Assembly (NCBI RefSeq): GCF_001194135.2
Contig: NC_068992.1
Location: 13,955,037-14,019,036, forward strand
Source: Octopus bimaculoides
Lineage: Eukaryota
Length of the DNA stretch: 64,000 nt
Reading direction: 5' to 3'
Numbering within the stretch: position 1 is the stretch's first letter; each line of letters starts with the position of its first letter. A program made the translations under genes and the position numbers. Below, one piece after another: positions 13,210 to 26,226 of this stretch. The notes under the pieces are model-generated. The model was not told where the DNA came from. It did not search any database and saw only the letters and a list, made by a program, of their open reading frames with translations.

Positions 13210-13597
13210 GGAGGCGCAATGGCCCAGTGGATAGGGCAGCGGACTCGCGGTCATAGGATCGCGGTTTCGATTCCCAGACCAGGCGTTGTGAGTGTTTATT
13301 GAGCGAAAGCATCTAAAGCTCCACGAGGCTCCGGCAGGAGATGGTCGCGAACCCGCTGTACTCTTTCACCACAACTTTCTCTCACTCTTACTTCCTGTTT
13401 CTGTTATGCCTGTAATTCAAAGGGTCAGCCTTGTCACACTGTGCCACGCTGAATATCCCCGAGAACTACGTTAAGGGTACACGTGTCTGTGGAGTGCTCA
13501 GCCACTTGCACGTTAATTTCATGAGCAGGCTGTTCCGTTGATCGGATCAACTGGAACCCTCGACGTCGTAAGCGACGGAGTGCCAACAACAACAACA
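13210..13597 (+). mobile_element. SINE-like family D, full length
   Basis: tRNA-like head ggaggcgcaatggcccagtgg...ggtttcgattccc and (AAC)n tail. Near-identical reverse copy at 46521-46897. Confidence 0.9.
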
Positions 13598-13757
13598 AAA
13601 TATTTATGTATATGTAGGTATGTATATATGTATTTATATATACATATATAAGTATATATAAGAGAGAGAGAGAAATAATCAGTACATGACTTATTAAAAC
13701 AAAGTTCAACAAACTCAGTCGTATTTATATTATAGAAGAGATTGAATGTCAAGGTGT

Positions 13758-14073
13758 ATTATAGTTTTTATTTTTCATATTGCGATATAATTGTTTCTTA
13801 CAAATGGACTCAGATATTCATAAATAGAAAATCTTAGTAGTCATACTTGAACACGTCAGTAGCTAATTGTCTAGATTCAAATAAACGTGACAGGAAGAAC
13901 GAATCTACAAATCCCAAAATGATAACTATGTACTTTAAACGTCTTTTTTTGCTTTTCTATTAGCTACTGAAGAGTACAAATATGACTATTACGATTTTCT
14001 ATTTATGAATATCTGAGTCTTTTTTTTTTTGTATCAAACAATTATATCGCAATATGAAAAATAAAACTATAAT
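13758..14073. repeat. Inverted repeat with about 110-bp arms (MITE-like)
   Basis: 13758-13867 (attatagtttttatttttcatattgcgatataattgttt...gactcagatattcataaatagaaaatc...agtagctaat) pairs with 13959-14073. Spacer about 90 bp. Confidence 0.9.
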
Positions 14074-14115
14074 CCGTCTGGTCATCCAATCTCCTCCATG
14101 ACGTAAATATGAATG

Positions 14116-14261
14116 AATTTACATTATTTACATTATTTACATTTGACGGATATTTGTCCTCACCTTGTTTGTTGTTAACACGACGTTTCTACTCTCCAGC
14201 TTTCATCAGGTGTCTTGAGGAAATTTCGAACCTGGGTTCTCATTCCTAAAGTATTTTTCGA

Positions 14262-14305
<44 letters not shown>

Positions 14306-14355
14306 TCACTCTCTGGAATCGAACTCGGAATCTTGGTGTTAGTAGCCCGCGCACT

Positions 14356-14356
<1 letters not shown>
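14116..14356 (-). mobile_element. HH1 copy (5'-truncated head, (AAT)n, hammerhead tail, tgtaaataa repeats)
   Basis: Reverse complement matches 13030-13176 and 44135-44447. Confidence 0.85.
14177..14214 (-). ncRNA. Hammerhead remnant with canonical core and GUC but deleted stem II strand
   Basis: GACAC CUGAUGA AAGCUGGAGAGUA GAAAC GU C GUGUU. About 8 nt including CAGCC are missing relative to 44467-44512. Confidence 0.55.
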
Positions 14357-14389
<33 letters not shown>

Positions 14390-14406
14390 TATATATATAT
14401 ATATAT

Positions 14407-14600
14407 GGGAGAATATACAAAAAATAACAACAGACGAGGACAGGTGGTGTAAATAACAAAAGTATATATTAGTACGACGCTCGGGAATACGGAAAGTCTT
14501 TGACGTTTCGAGCTACGCTCTTCAACAGAAAGAATACGGAGACAAGGAGAAAAACACGGAGAAAAAAAAAAAAATTGAATAGTGTTCAGTCAACGGTCAA
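14407..14600 (-). mobile_element. HH2 copy
   Basis: Same sequence as 4029-4196. Abuts (TA)n next to the HH1 copy. Confidence 0.85.
14497..14533 (-). ncRNA. Minimal hammerhead-like fold (HH2, GUC triplet)
   Basis: UCUUU CUGUUGAA GAGC GUA GCUC GAAAC GU C AAAGA. Confidence 0.6.
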
Positions 14601-15179
14601 TCATAAAGACGTCGGCGTTGGTGATAGCGATGATACGTAAATATTTATTTATAGTGAAGTTAAAGATGACATTTCCAGTACACCGAGCATTAACTGCAAA
14701 CCATAATATACTATGAGAAGAAAATAAANNNNNNNNNNNNNNNNNNNNNNNNNNNNNNNNNNNNNNNNNNNNNNNNNNNNNNNNNNNNNNNNNNNNNNNN
14801 NNNNNNNNNNNNNNNNNNNNNNNNNNNNNNNNNNNNNNNNNNNNNNNNNNNNNNNNNNNNNNNNNNNNNNNNNNNNNNNNNNNNNNNNNNNNNNNNNNNN
14901 NNNNNNNNNNNNNNNNNNNNNNNNNNNNNNNNNNNNNNNNNNNNNNNNNNNNNNNNNNNNNNNNNNNNNNNNNNNNNNNNNNNNNNNNNNNNNNNNNNNN
15001 NNNNNNNNNNNNNNNNNNNNNNNNNNNNNNNNNNNNNNNNNNNNNNNNNNNNNNNNNNNNNNNNNNNNNNNNNNNNNNNNNNNNNNNNNNNNNNNNNNNN
15101 NNNNNNNNNNNNNNNNNNNNNNNNNNNNNNNNNNNNNNNAACACCCTTTCTTCCCTTCTCTGAACGTCTTATTGATGTC

Positions 15180-15210
<31 letters not shown>

Positions 15211-15289
15211 GTGTGTGTGTGTGTGTGTGTGTTCTTTTCTTCGACGGAAACTGAATCCCGTCGTTTGTTGGACCGTTGGATACTGCACA

Positions 15290-15430
15290 TTTTTTCTCCG
15301 TTTGTTTTTCCTCTTTATCATTTGTGTAGAAAAGCTGGAAACGTAAAAAAACGTTTCTATTATTCCCGAACGTTAATCTAATACACATCCTTGTTGTTCC
15401 TACACCTGTCTTCATCTTTTGTTTTCGATA
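15290..15430 (+). mobile_element. Diverged HH2-related copy with collapsed core
   Basis: ttttttctccgtttgtttttcc...gaaacgtaaaa...ttcccgaacgttaatctaatacacatcc...acacctgtcttc parallels 39210-39378. Confidence 0.5.
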
Positions 15431-15509
15431 AATTTGAACTGTGTGTGCGCGCGTGCGTGTGTGTGTGTGTGCGTGTGCGTGTGTGTGCGCGTGTATGTGT
15501 GTGTGTGTG

Positions 15510-15697
15510 TATCTGTGATTGTTCCCCACCACCGCTTGACCACCAGTATTGGTCTTTTCACGTCTCCGTATCCTAGAGGTTCGGCAAAAGTGACCAACAA
15601 ACTATTAGAAGTACTAGAGTCAATTCATTCTACTAAAATTTCCCGTAAGGCGATGCCGCAGCATGGCCGCAGTCTAATAGTTGAAACAAGCAAAAGA
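15510..15697 (+). mobile_element. SINE-like family A, 3' half
   Basis: ccaccaccgcttgaccacc...ggttcggcaaaag...gcagcatggccgcagtctaat. Confidence 0.8.
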
Positions 15698-16949
15698 CAA
15701 ATATCATAAAAGGTATGGATCTACTAATTTGTGTGAAATGTTTATAAATAAGTTGACATTCCAACTTTTTTCATCAACGCATTTTTAGACCTCGATTAAC
15801 TTTATTTTCTTCTCATAGCATATTATGGTTTGCAGTTAATGCTCGGTGTACTGGAAATGTCATCTTTAACTTCACTATAAATAAATATTTACGTATCATC
15901 GCTATCACCAACGCCGACGTCTTTAAAATGACTTGCATTATTGCCAAGAGGTCACATAAATGTAGGAGAGGATTATAGTCAAGTTGAGTACATTAATGGT
16001 CCTTGTTTTATAGAAAACAAAAGTTGAAACCTAACCTCTGTCTCAGCGTGAAACAGAAATCAGAATTCGAATGGACGGTGCTAAATGCCAGTGGTTATTT
16101 AGCACTGATAATCCAACCAATTCCCCGTCTACATCTCTTCCTCTCTTAGACAGCATCGAAATAATCAAAATACATGGCAGGTCGTAGCAAAGGACGCATA
16201 GTAGTAGTAGTAGTAGTATGGAAGAGGTGGTGGTGTTGGTGGTGGTGGTGGTGAGAGTACGCAGCGTTAATTATGGTACTAAAAGAGAGAAGGGAATAGA
16301 CGGAGAATGAAGCACTTAGCAACTCAATTAGTAGTTTGAGGGGGAAAAGAGGAAAGACAAAGATGAACGTACTCAAAGTATCAACTCTTGTACGGGTCCA
16401 AGAGGTCTGGAATATGGCTACGCACAACGGAGGTCATTGTCCCGAACCATTCATCATTTATCCAGCTGTTTATGCAGCACCATTTAACGCCTGTTATTAC
16501 CTATTCAAACGATTTTAACTGAAGGCATTTTAACATTTCATTGATTAAAATTCACATATATCTTCAGCTTCTTCAATTTGTTCTCAGTGTCTAATATAAT
16601 AGTCATTTTGTAACATATGAGGGTACCCCACTGAGATGATAGCGGTCAGCATTGCCTACGTACAAATGTTTCTAGATCTTTGGCCTCTTGAACAGGTAAC
16701 CTTAAGTAACTTGTGCATTTCCTTGCCTTTATATAACATCCAATTGTCTCGTCGGTTCTTTTAATATTTAAATTTTAATAATATAAATATGAAAGCAGCA
16801 AGATTGATTAGTTTTATATGTTCAGTGATGAAAGATGGATGGTCTGTATATATACTTCTCTGTCACACGAACGCACACTCACGGATACATTTATATATAC
16901 ATTGTACTTACACTCAAACAGGAACATGATCGCACGTATTATAGATAGC

Positions 16950-17015
<66 letters not shown>

Positions 17016-17180
17016 TACCTGTATATGAGTGTGTGTGTGTGTGTGTGTGTGACTTTGTGTGTATTTATAAAAAACACATACACACTTAATACGTATGTAG
17101 AAGTATAGAGGTTTATATGTATATAAACAACGTATGCATACATATATATATATGTATATGTATATGTGTATGTAAATGTA

Positions 17181-17227
<47 letters not shown>

Positions 17228-17286
17228 NNNNNNNNNNNNNNNNNNNNNNNNNNNNNNNNNNNNNNNNNNNNNNNNNNNNNNNNNNN

Positions 17287-17354
<68 letters not shown>

Positions 17355-17809
17355 TGTTTACAGATAAACACACACTTATATAATAAGCGCGTACATAAAA
17401 TTAAGGAAGACAGTTGACTTATACCGGAGACTTAGAGGCTCGTTTATCATATACATGTTATCTGTGGCATATGAAACATTGTGAAAATCGTCACTCCATA
17501 GGCTTCAATACAATCAGTTTCTGCGAAAAGAGAAAGGCTCAAAGAAAAGGTGATTGAAGAAGAAATGATGCCAGCATTGTCCTAATATTATATTTATCGA
17601 CATAAAGATGCGAAATGAAGTTAAACCTCAGTAAATTTAGGTTGTCGGAACTAGTAACGCAAAACATTCTTCACAGCACTTTAGCATCTCTTTGTCGAGT
17701 TGCATATTTGTGTATTCGTGTTTCTTTGTCTTTATGCGCAATAACATGTGTGTGTATGTGTTTGTGTGTGTGTGTGAGGAGAGAGAAAGAAGAGAGAGGG
17801 AGAGAATGT

Positions 17810-17985
17810 AAGGTGGCAAGCCGTTAGCCCGCTGAACGAAATGCGTAAAATTATTTCGTCCGTCTTTACGTTTTGAGTTCAAATTTCCCCCAGGTCGACT
17901 TAGCTTTTCATCCTTTCGTGGTCGATGAAATAAATACCAGATAAGCACTGGACTCGATGTAATCGACTACCTCCACTTTCCAAAT
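17810..17985 (+). mobile_element. SINE-like family C
   Basis: aaggtggc...gttagc...gagttcaaattt...ggtcgactt...tcatcctttcg...gatgtaatcgac, shared with more than 10 copies in the window. Confidence 0.85.
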
Positions 17986-19349
17986 GTTTCAGGATTTTTG
18001 TCTTTTGCCTACATTGAAAAGGGTATATATATGTTGAGAGGGGTTAACCTATACGTAGTATATAACGCCTAAAATGCAATAGATTCGGATTACCATAGTT
18101 GGAAACGTTATGCTAATAGATCTATGTATTAGATCAGAGTTAAAAGGGACTTATCCTCCACAAGAATTAGAAACATTTTATTGTTGAATACAGCAGCAGC
18201 CCTGACATTTTGAATAATATTTTGTTGACTTGGAATGCATTCATATTATGCGATCATTCGCAATTGCAATCATTCCAGCTAGGCTTACGTTCTGGGCATC
18301 ACTTCCGTATATGCTCCAACTAGTCCTGGAGGCTATGAGGTAAGGAATGTTGATGCTGCAGCACTTTCTTCCTTTAGAAATTGATTTTTTTTTTTTAATA
18401 AAGGAAGCAAATAGTGAAGAATGGTAAATCGTGCGTTGTGCGTCTGCTTCCAATCTGATCTATATCCCCTGACGTTATTGATTCTTTACATTGGCGCAAT
18501 GCCACGAATATTGATATAAGTGTATGGTCGATGTAATCGACTATAGTAATTGACTACTATTTATTTTATCAATAATTACTTGAAGAATAAAAGACAAAGT
18601 AACTGTCAACGAGATAAAGTGACATTAAATACCGCAAGGCATTTTGTACGACTATCTTTTGTTTTCATTCTCCATCATTGTTCTTGTTAATTTTTTTTTT
18701 GTTTTCTACTACGAATTATAAAACGTAAGGTAACAGTCTTCCGACGTTATTTCCATGTTTTACCATTGCAAATGTAAAACAATTGTCGAGTCGTCGCAAA
18801 ATCGTTTCTCGTAACATTGCAAGTAATGAGGAATAGTAAAATTTGAGGAGAAAAGAAAAAAACGTTCATTCTGCATACATGTGTTCCACGCATATTAAGA
18901 TATCAAGTGTTTTCCTTGCAGTTTAGAAAGGTCACTAATGCAATCAACAACAGAAGAGGTCAAATGTGTACCAATAATTTACTTTAATCTCCAGTTTGTA
19001 GGACTACACGAGATTTTAGGCTTAACTGCTTTTACCTACGTCCTCTAACCATATAGGTTTTTAGTTACGGCCACTTTACCAAAATCAGTAGATTTCATTT
19101 ATGTTTAACCGAAAATGAGATGAAGTCAAGGTTATATACAGCAAAAAGTATAGTAAGGTTACATAATGCAAAAAGAATAGCAATAATGATCCACTAAAAA
19201 TGCAGTAAAATACATAAATGAGAATAAGTGTAAGGAAAGCAATAACTGAGAGCGAAAAGTGTCCTTATGTGGGCGCTCCACTTGTAAGTAAAAGAAAAAA
19301 ATTTCGATCATAATGAAGTTTGCTTACTAAATACGGAATGCGAATATTG

Positions 19350-19786
19350 GCTTCAACTTTTGGAACAAAGCCAGAAATTCCGATAGGGCACTTAAGTTGA
19401 TTACATTGATCCCAACTGGTACTTATTTTATGGACCCCGAAAGAACAGAAGGTAATGTGGACTCCAATGGATTTTGAACTCAAAAGCTGAAGACGGACGA
19501 AATGCCGCTAAAGAATTTTGCCATGTGTGCTAACCATTCTGCCAACTCGCCACCTTACTAAATGCATGTATTCTTTTCTACTTTAGGCACAGGGCCTAGA
19601 AATTTTGGGGGAGAGGCCACAGTCGATTAGATCGACCCCAGTATGCAACTGGTACTTAATTTATCGACCCCGAAAAGATGAAAGGCAGTCGACCTGGGCG
19701 AAATTTGAACTCAGAACGTAAAGACAGACTAAATACCGCTAAATATTTCTCCCTGCGTACTAACGTTTCTGCCAGCTCGCGGCTTT
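19350..19786 (-). mobile_element. Two tandem family C copies
   Basis: Two successive reverse copies ending ctgccaactcgccacctt (19556) and ctgccagctcgcggcttt (19786). Confidence 0.85.
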
Positions 19787-19809
19787 ACTAAATACATATG
19801 TTGCAATAT

Positions 19810-20218
19810 TAAATGGAATATTGTCTCGGTTGAAACATCTTTGGCAACAGATGAAGCGGACCAGGATTGACACGGGGCTATTAACTACCAATAGATATTA
19901 TTCCAAAGGCTGGAGCAATTTGAATGTGAAACGATGCCCCACCCATCATATTCGCCAGTCATTGCACCATCTGATTATCATTTATTCTGCAATATTCAAA
20001 AACATTTGGATGGAAGAAATAGACGAAACAATAAACCAAGTCAGAACAGTACTGGAGGAGTATTTTTTGTCACGCACAAGTGAATGTTGGAAAAGTGGAC
20101 TTGCATTGTAGAAAATGGAGGAGAGTATAATTTAGATTAAAGAAGAACTTTGTTTATCTTAATTTTGAAATATAAAAGAAGTATAAATAACCCGCATTAT
20201 TTATGGGATGACTTAATA
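19810..20218 (+). mobile_element. Mariner transposon remnant: 3' transposase plus TIR
   Basis: LEQFECETMPHPSYSPVIAPSDYHLFCNIQKHLDG...VRTVLEEYFLSRTSECWKSGLA, then right TIR cgcattatttatgggatgacttaa followed by TA. Confidence 0.9.
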
Positions 20219-21730
20219 GATATAAATAACTCATAATGCGTCAGGTTAAAAAAAGTATTTAGACGGGGTAAAAAAGAGGACAATCACACTCGTAACGTGA
20301 AACACTCATCCACTACAAACTGAATAATGTATTCTAATCTCTTTATGTAAATACGGCTTATAATCGGGGATGCGACCAGCCGAAAGGCTTTATCTTCGCA
20401 GAGATTATAGAATCGAAGTTTTCAATGGCGATTATTCAAGATAATTTGTTGTAGGTTGTTGATGAATATTTCGTTACCTTACAATAGTTAATAGAATTAC
20501 AACGAAAGATTCCTCCCCTCTTATTGCTGGTGCATTTAAAAATAGCAACCATTACATCAGGATAGCAACCATTCCTTATATCAGATTTAACCGTTTTCAA
20601 AAATCGAATGTATTAGATAATGTTATAATAGCTTATTTATACTGCAGAATTTGGTATGGGTTGGTAAATCTTTAATAATTAGTCTTCTAAATGTGAACAG
20701 AGCTGAGGTTAACCAACAACAATACCAGTGAAGTAAGCCACTGGTAGGGGTGACACAATACATACAACAATTTAAATAAATTAATTATTCAGCAGTACTG
20801 TCTAAGACACTAGTTTTTATCAGTATGTCTTTTCTCAATGTTCCAAACAAATTTCTCATCTTTAAACATTTTAAATAAAATTCCTCTGATAATTAAAGAA
20901 TATAAGAAACGCAAAGTGAACGAAAACAATTGCAGACTTTTCTCCGGCAGTGAATAAATTTCTACTTATTTGTGACATATCTACAACATTTCGAATAAAA
21001 GCTGGAATTAGAATTAGACGTAGCTATTATAATTCTGAGGCTGTCTTTTGTCTGTTGTCTGTTAATATTTACTATTTGTTAAATATTTCCTCTTTCTTTC
21101 CTATTTCTCTGTGATAAGTCTCTATGTACAGTTTGTTATCTTCTTTTTTGTTAATTTGAAAGGTAGAAAATTTTCATTCTCAATAATTTTTTCCCACCTT
21201 TCTCAATTAATACTTCTGATTTCTTTTGTGCAAAGGTGCTGCGTTTTATAAAGAAGTGAAATAGGAAGTTATGAAGTTTTATAAGCAGTACTAATACCGC
21301 GATTTTGACCAATTTAAGTAGCATGGTTTTATGTCGCGGGATTAATACGGATCTAACGAAAGCGCTTCGTCAAACCTGACCAACGTGACATATAGTTTCG
21401 ATTTTCGATTAATGAAAATTTTCTCGTTGTTTCCCATAATAATTACTCCGAGCTACTATGAATATCTTCAAAACCTTTTCCCGTTAAAAAAAAAGGTGTT
21501 TCTATTATTGTCAAAAAAAGCAGTAGAAAAGAGTAACACGTCAAGATCTTTAAATAAATGTAAAAAAAGCGTTTGATGCACGGTTTAGCGAAGACATCAT
21601 TCTACATTTCAGTAATTTTTTATTGTATTCCATAACCTCTTGTCATGATCATTTAGAAGTTTGACCTCTCTCAATTTCTATACATCCTAATATCCTCACC
21701 GTGAAAGATTCAGTTTTTTACTTTACTGGA

Positions 21731-21770
<40 letters not shown>

Positions 21771-22133
21771 GAAATAACAGGTGTCATTTTCAGGAAAGTA
21801 GCGTCGGTGGGATCGGGGAACAAATGCGCACTGACATTATACACGTAATAATAAAAGAATATCATACTTGAACAGACATCGTAATTTTGTAGAGAAGACA
21901 AGGGTGCCCTATAGTTTTCTGAATTAATAGGTATCAATTTCTTTAGAGCTGATACACAAGTCAATTTCTACTCCGCCGCTTTTCTTATTTCTTCTTCACA
22001 CTATATCAAGCGTCCATGAGGTTAAACCGTCTCTCAAAAACTGCATTATCAATATATCGTTCAAGTAATTCAATTATTGAGATCCCTCCTAAAACCCCAT
22101 TTTACCAAGAAACAGGTTTTGTCTACACTATAG

Positions 22134-22259
22134 CAGTGGTTCCCACCCTGTAGTCCGCAAATGTAGTACTGGGGGTCGGTGAACATATTAAAAGGGGTCC
22201 GTGGGAAAACTCATTTAAATAAAAGGAGTCCTTGGTAGTAAAATGTATGGGAACCATTT
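22134..22259. mobile_element. hAT (Charlie-type) MITE
   Basis: Termini cagtggttccca ... tgggaaccattt resemble the Charlie TIR CAGTGGTTCCCAA. Length about 125 bp. Confidence 0.7.
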
Positions 22260-22356
22260 CTCCAGAAGCATTAAGCATTTCATTATAACATTTCTATGCC
22301 AACTAAAGGTGAATTGAAAGTGACGTTTTTGTATTGTTTATTCTCACTTAGACACT

Positions 22357-22578
22357 CTTTTACTCTTTTCTTCTCTTTTACTTGTTTTAGTCATTTGACT
22401 GCGGCCATGCTGGAGCACTGCCTTTAGTCGAACAAATCGACCCCAGGATTTATTCTTTGCAAGCCTAGTACTTATTCTATCGGTCTCTTTTGCCGAACCG
22501 CTAAGTTACGGGGACGTAAACGTACCACCATCGGTTGTCAAGCGATGTCGGGTGACAAACACACACACACAAACACAG

Positions 22579-22628
<50 letters not shown>

Positions 22629-22667
22629 GGCAGGCTTCTTTCAGTTTCCGTCTACCAAATCCAGTCC
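22357..22667 (-). mobile_element. SINE-like family A (young-looking, head missing)
   Basis: ttttacttgttttagtcatttgactgcggccatgctggagcac...ttccgtctaccaaatcc, close to the other A copies. Confidence 0.9.
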
Positions 22668-22820
22668 ATCGCAGCGTTACTCCTTTTTGCCAGCTGAGTG
22701 AACTGGAACAACGTGAAATGAAGTGTTTCGCTCAAGAACTCTACGCGCCGCCCGGTCCAGGAATCGAAACCACAATCTTACGATCATAGTGCTGACACCC
22801 TAACCACTAGGCCACGCGCC
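22668..22820 (-). mobile_element. SINE-like family B, 5' part
   Basis: Reverse complement ggcgcgtggcctagtggttagggtgtcagc...ggtttcgattcctgg carries A- and B-box-like motifs. Confidence 0.8.
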
Positions 22821-23805
22821 ACCACAGACATCAGTGTTACAAAATCCTAAATGTAATTCAGCGGGACTCGAAATAAGAAACGGGATGCAAAGGCACGAAT
22901 TATTAAAGGTCTACAATTACTCCGACGCTCTATCTATTCGTGGCCATTTTCTAATGATATCGGTAACATTTTCTGCTAAAAGTTTGCTCAACTTAAACTG
23001 GTTAAGAGAACAAATTTTAATGTCAAACTGATAGAAATGTAACTAATGATGAATATTGAAGATTACTGCATAATTTGTCGGAATAATTGAAGCTTTACGT
23101 TCACTAGAGATATCATTATCATTTTTAGAATGTTTATTTGGAAAATGGCCAATTTGTAAATCTTTCATGTTTTTCTGACAGACAAAAAGTATCACATGGA
23201 AAATTATCTATCTCTCTCGATACTACACCTTGGCTTTATTTTATCCGCTTCTTCATTCTGGTTGCTTGATTTAAGTAATGTAATTAGTTGTATAATTTTT
23301 ACTTGGAATAATAATTATTCTGTTATCAATTATTCATATTAGATATAGTATTTCACTGGTATGTAGGTTATGTAGTTTTTGAAATTTTATAAACATTCTT
23401 CTTACTCTTACAATGAACTATTTCTTTATGCTATGTCTGGGTGAGTATTTACGCATTTGCATTTGACAATTGTTGGTATGTAGTTTGGTACGTGTGTATA
23501 TACGTAGATAATCAACTAGGTAGTTGTGTGATTAAACTGGTAGATAGTACACAGAGAGACAAATAGATAGATAGATAGATAGATAGATAGAGTGAGTGAG
23601 AGAGAGAGAGAGAGAGAGAGAGATGAGAAAAGGTAGTATGACAACCAAGCATGTGGATAGAGCATGACTAAAAACACTGTACAACAAATTTCAGAGTCAA
23701 GAAAAAAACATAGTTCTCATGTACATTTTATTATGAAAATGATTGTGCTAAACTCGAATTTTATAACAAAAGTTTCCCTATCACGTCGCATTTTCTGGTA
23801 AATTA

Positions 23806-24230
23806 AAGGCGATGAGCAAGCAGAAACGTTAGTACGCTGCGCGAAATGCTTAGCGGTATTTCGTCTGCCGTTAGGTTCTGAGTTCAAATTCCGCCGAGGT
23901 CGACTTTGCCTTTCATCCTTTCGGGTTCAATAAATTAAGTACCATTTACGCACTGGGGTCGATGTAATCGACTTAAGCCCTTTGTTTGTCCTTGTTTGTC
24001 CCCACTATGTTTAGCCCCTTGTTGGCAATAAAGAAATAAGAAACGTTAGCACGTCGGGCGAAATACTTAGCGGTATTTCGTCTGTCTTTACGTTCTGAGT
24101 TCAAGTTCCGCCGATTTTGCCTTTCATCCTTTCGGGGTCGATAAATTAAGTACCAGTTGCGTAGTGGGGTCGATCTAATCAACTATGCCCCTCCCCCAAA
24201 ATTTCGAGCCTTGTGCCTAGAGTAGAAAAG
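23806..24230 (+). mobile_element. Family C dimer
   Basis: Two head-to-tail copies, each with aaacgttag...cttagcggtatttcgtctg...ctgagttcaa. Confidence 0.9.
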
Positions 24231-24416
24231 ATGTTCTTTTAACTTACCGACTTAATAACTATGCAATTTATACCAATTTCCACGATGCCATAAATTTATT
24301 TTGCTCCCAGAGTCATATTAAATATGTCCATTGTAATTAATTCATAAATATATAATGAAACGGCGTGTTTGTTAGCATTATATAATGTATTAACCTACAT
24401 TTTAGAATTTACTTCC

Positions 24417-24690
24417 TCATTTATAAGACGTCTCACCTGTGTCACGCTTGAGGTTCCAGCAGAAGTCAGCCTGCATAGCTGGGCTCCGTTTCCCCGCACG
24501 CCTGTTTTCCATTGACGCTATATCTTGATGAAACCTTTCTCTATGTTCATCACTCACATCTGCATTCTCTGGGAAGAAGGACAGATGAGAATGAAGGAAG
24601 TGTATCTTCTGTGGCATATTGCATCCGAGATCTAGATAGTACTTTATTAGGCTCCCCTCTATACTCTCTCTGTAATCTAATACGTTTCTA
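24417..24690 (-). pseudogene. DNA transposase C-terminal remnant, probably Chapaev (CMC) type
   Basis: LGCNMPQKIHFLHSHLSFFPENADVSDEHRERFHQDIASMENRRAGKRSPAMQADFCWNLKRD matches the recurrent motif GCNMSxKIHFLHSHLDFFP...SDEHGERFHQDI...MADYCWxLKRD. Truncated by a microsatellite; ends in TGA. Superfamily assignment is from memory. Confidence 0.75.
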
Positions 24691-25459
24691 ACGGCATACA
24701 TTTTATATATATATATATATATATATACATACACACACACACACACACACACACACTGATTATATATAGATCGCTTATATACTTCTGCCGCTAATAATGA
24801 ATTAATAAACACGCCAGTATGAAGTCAGTAGTGCATCTGGAAAGCTTTTGTTGATGTTCTTTTCACTTGAAGTATCTAGTACTTTGAGAATACGTATATG
24901 TTTTGGCATATAACTACATAAATGAAATTGTGGGTTTTATTTTTTTTTACTCGCAGAATATTTATTAAAGCTAAATTAAGTAGTAAGACTAACCTCTTAA
25001 TATATAAATATATGGAGTGTTAAGTAGACAACATATGTCAAACACGCGAGCAGCAAATCAGCTTTTTTTTTACGTCTCATCAAATATGCATATACATATT
25101 CGAATACCTTCTGTTTAGAGAAATATGTTTATACGCAGGTTAAGAGACATGTTTATTTGCAGTAATATCTCTTGAGAGGTATGAAAAAGAAATAAATTTG
25201 TAGTAAAAAAAAATGCAGAATAGATTATTGTAGGAAAATGTATTCATATAGTATGATTTCAGATTACAAGATGTTTTGGAGTAAGTGACGCAAGAATAAA
25301 ATATTTTAACATATATATCCAAAACTATAGAATATCAGAAATTACAGTGAAACAGAAACCGCAGCATAACATGAACTATAAATTAACGTTACAAAAGTCA
25401 GACAATAGATCTGTGCGAATTATAATGATGGGAGTAATATAATAAGATGTATAGTACAC

Positions 25460-25785
25460 ATGGAGATATATGTGGTTGTGTAGTAAGAAATTTGATTCTC
25501 AGCCATATGGTTCCGGTTTCAGTCCCACTGCGTGGTACTTTGAGCTAATATTTTCATTTGGGAGACGGAAAGTGGAAGACGTCCGTTGTATATATGTGTG
25601 TTTGACTTTGTGTCTGTGTCTGTCCCTTTACCACACCGCTTGACAACCGGTGCTTGTTTGTTTGCGTCTCCGCAACTCAGCAGTTTGGCTAATAGAAGAA
25701 CAAGGCTTACAACAAGGGGTGGGGTCGATTCGTTCGATTAAAAATTCTTTAAGGAAGTCGGTGCCCCAATATGGCTGTGGTCATA
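25460..25785 (+). mobile_element. SINE-like family A (internally deleted)
   Basis: ggttccggtttcagtcccactgcgtgg head...accgcttgacaaccgg...ggggtcgattcgttcga. Confidence 0.75.
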
Positions 25786-25824
25786 TGTGAGTATATATGT
25801 GCTCGTGTGAGTGTGTATATATGG

Positions 25825-25856
<32 letters not shown>

Positions 25857-26192
25857 ATCTCAGAAAAAATGGGAAAGAGAAAATGGAGATAAAGTTATAG
25901 ACTTGTTGCTTTTATAATGATTATTAATATTGTTATGGCTGTTGTTGGTGGTGGTGGTGGTGCTGGTGGTGGTGGTGGTGCTGGTCGTGTTGGTGTTGTT
26001 GTTGGTGTTCTTGCTTTTATCTCTATTATCGTTGCATTTTTCCTTAAATATAGATAAACTTCCGTTTATTCTTTTCCTTACTTATCATTTATTACCAGTA
26101 ATACTAAGCCACGCAGACGCTCACATACATACAATCACGCTTATATACACACACACGCGCATGTGTGTGCATGTACGTAAGTATATATTATG

Positions 26193-26226
<34 letters not shown>

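Noticed and set aside
18280-18345. ITSVYAPT (LINE endonuclease-like) or possible 57-nt exon
   Set aside because: No flanking endonuclease motifs and weak acceptor context.
19485-19512. ctgaagacggacgaaatg hammerhead-like string
   Set aside because: It is a mutated part of a family C SINE (cgtaaagacggacgaaat) and has no stems.
22144-22165. accctgtagtccgcaaatgt resembles miR-10
   Set aside because: It lies inside the hAT MITE, has several mismatches, and has no complementary arm.
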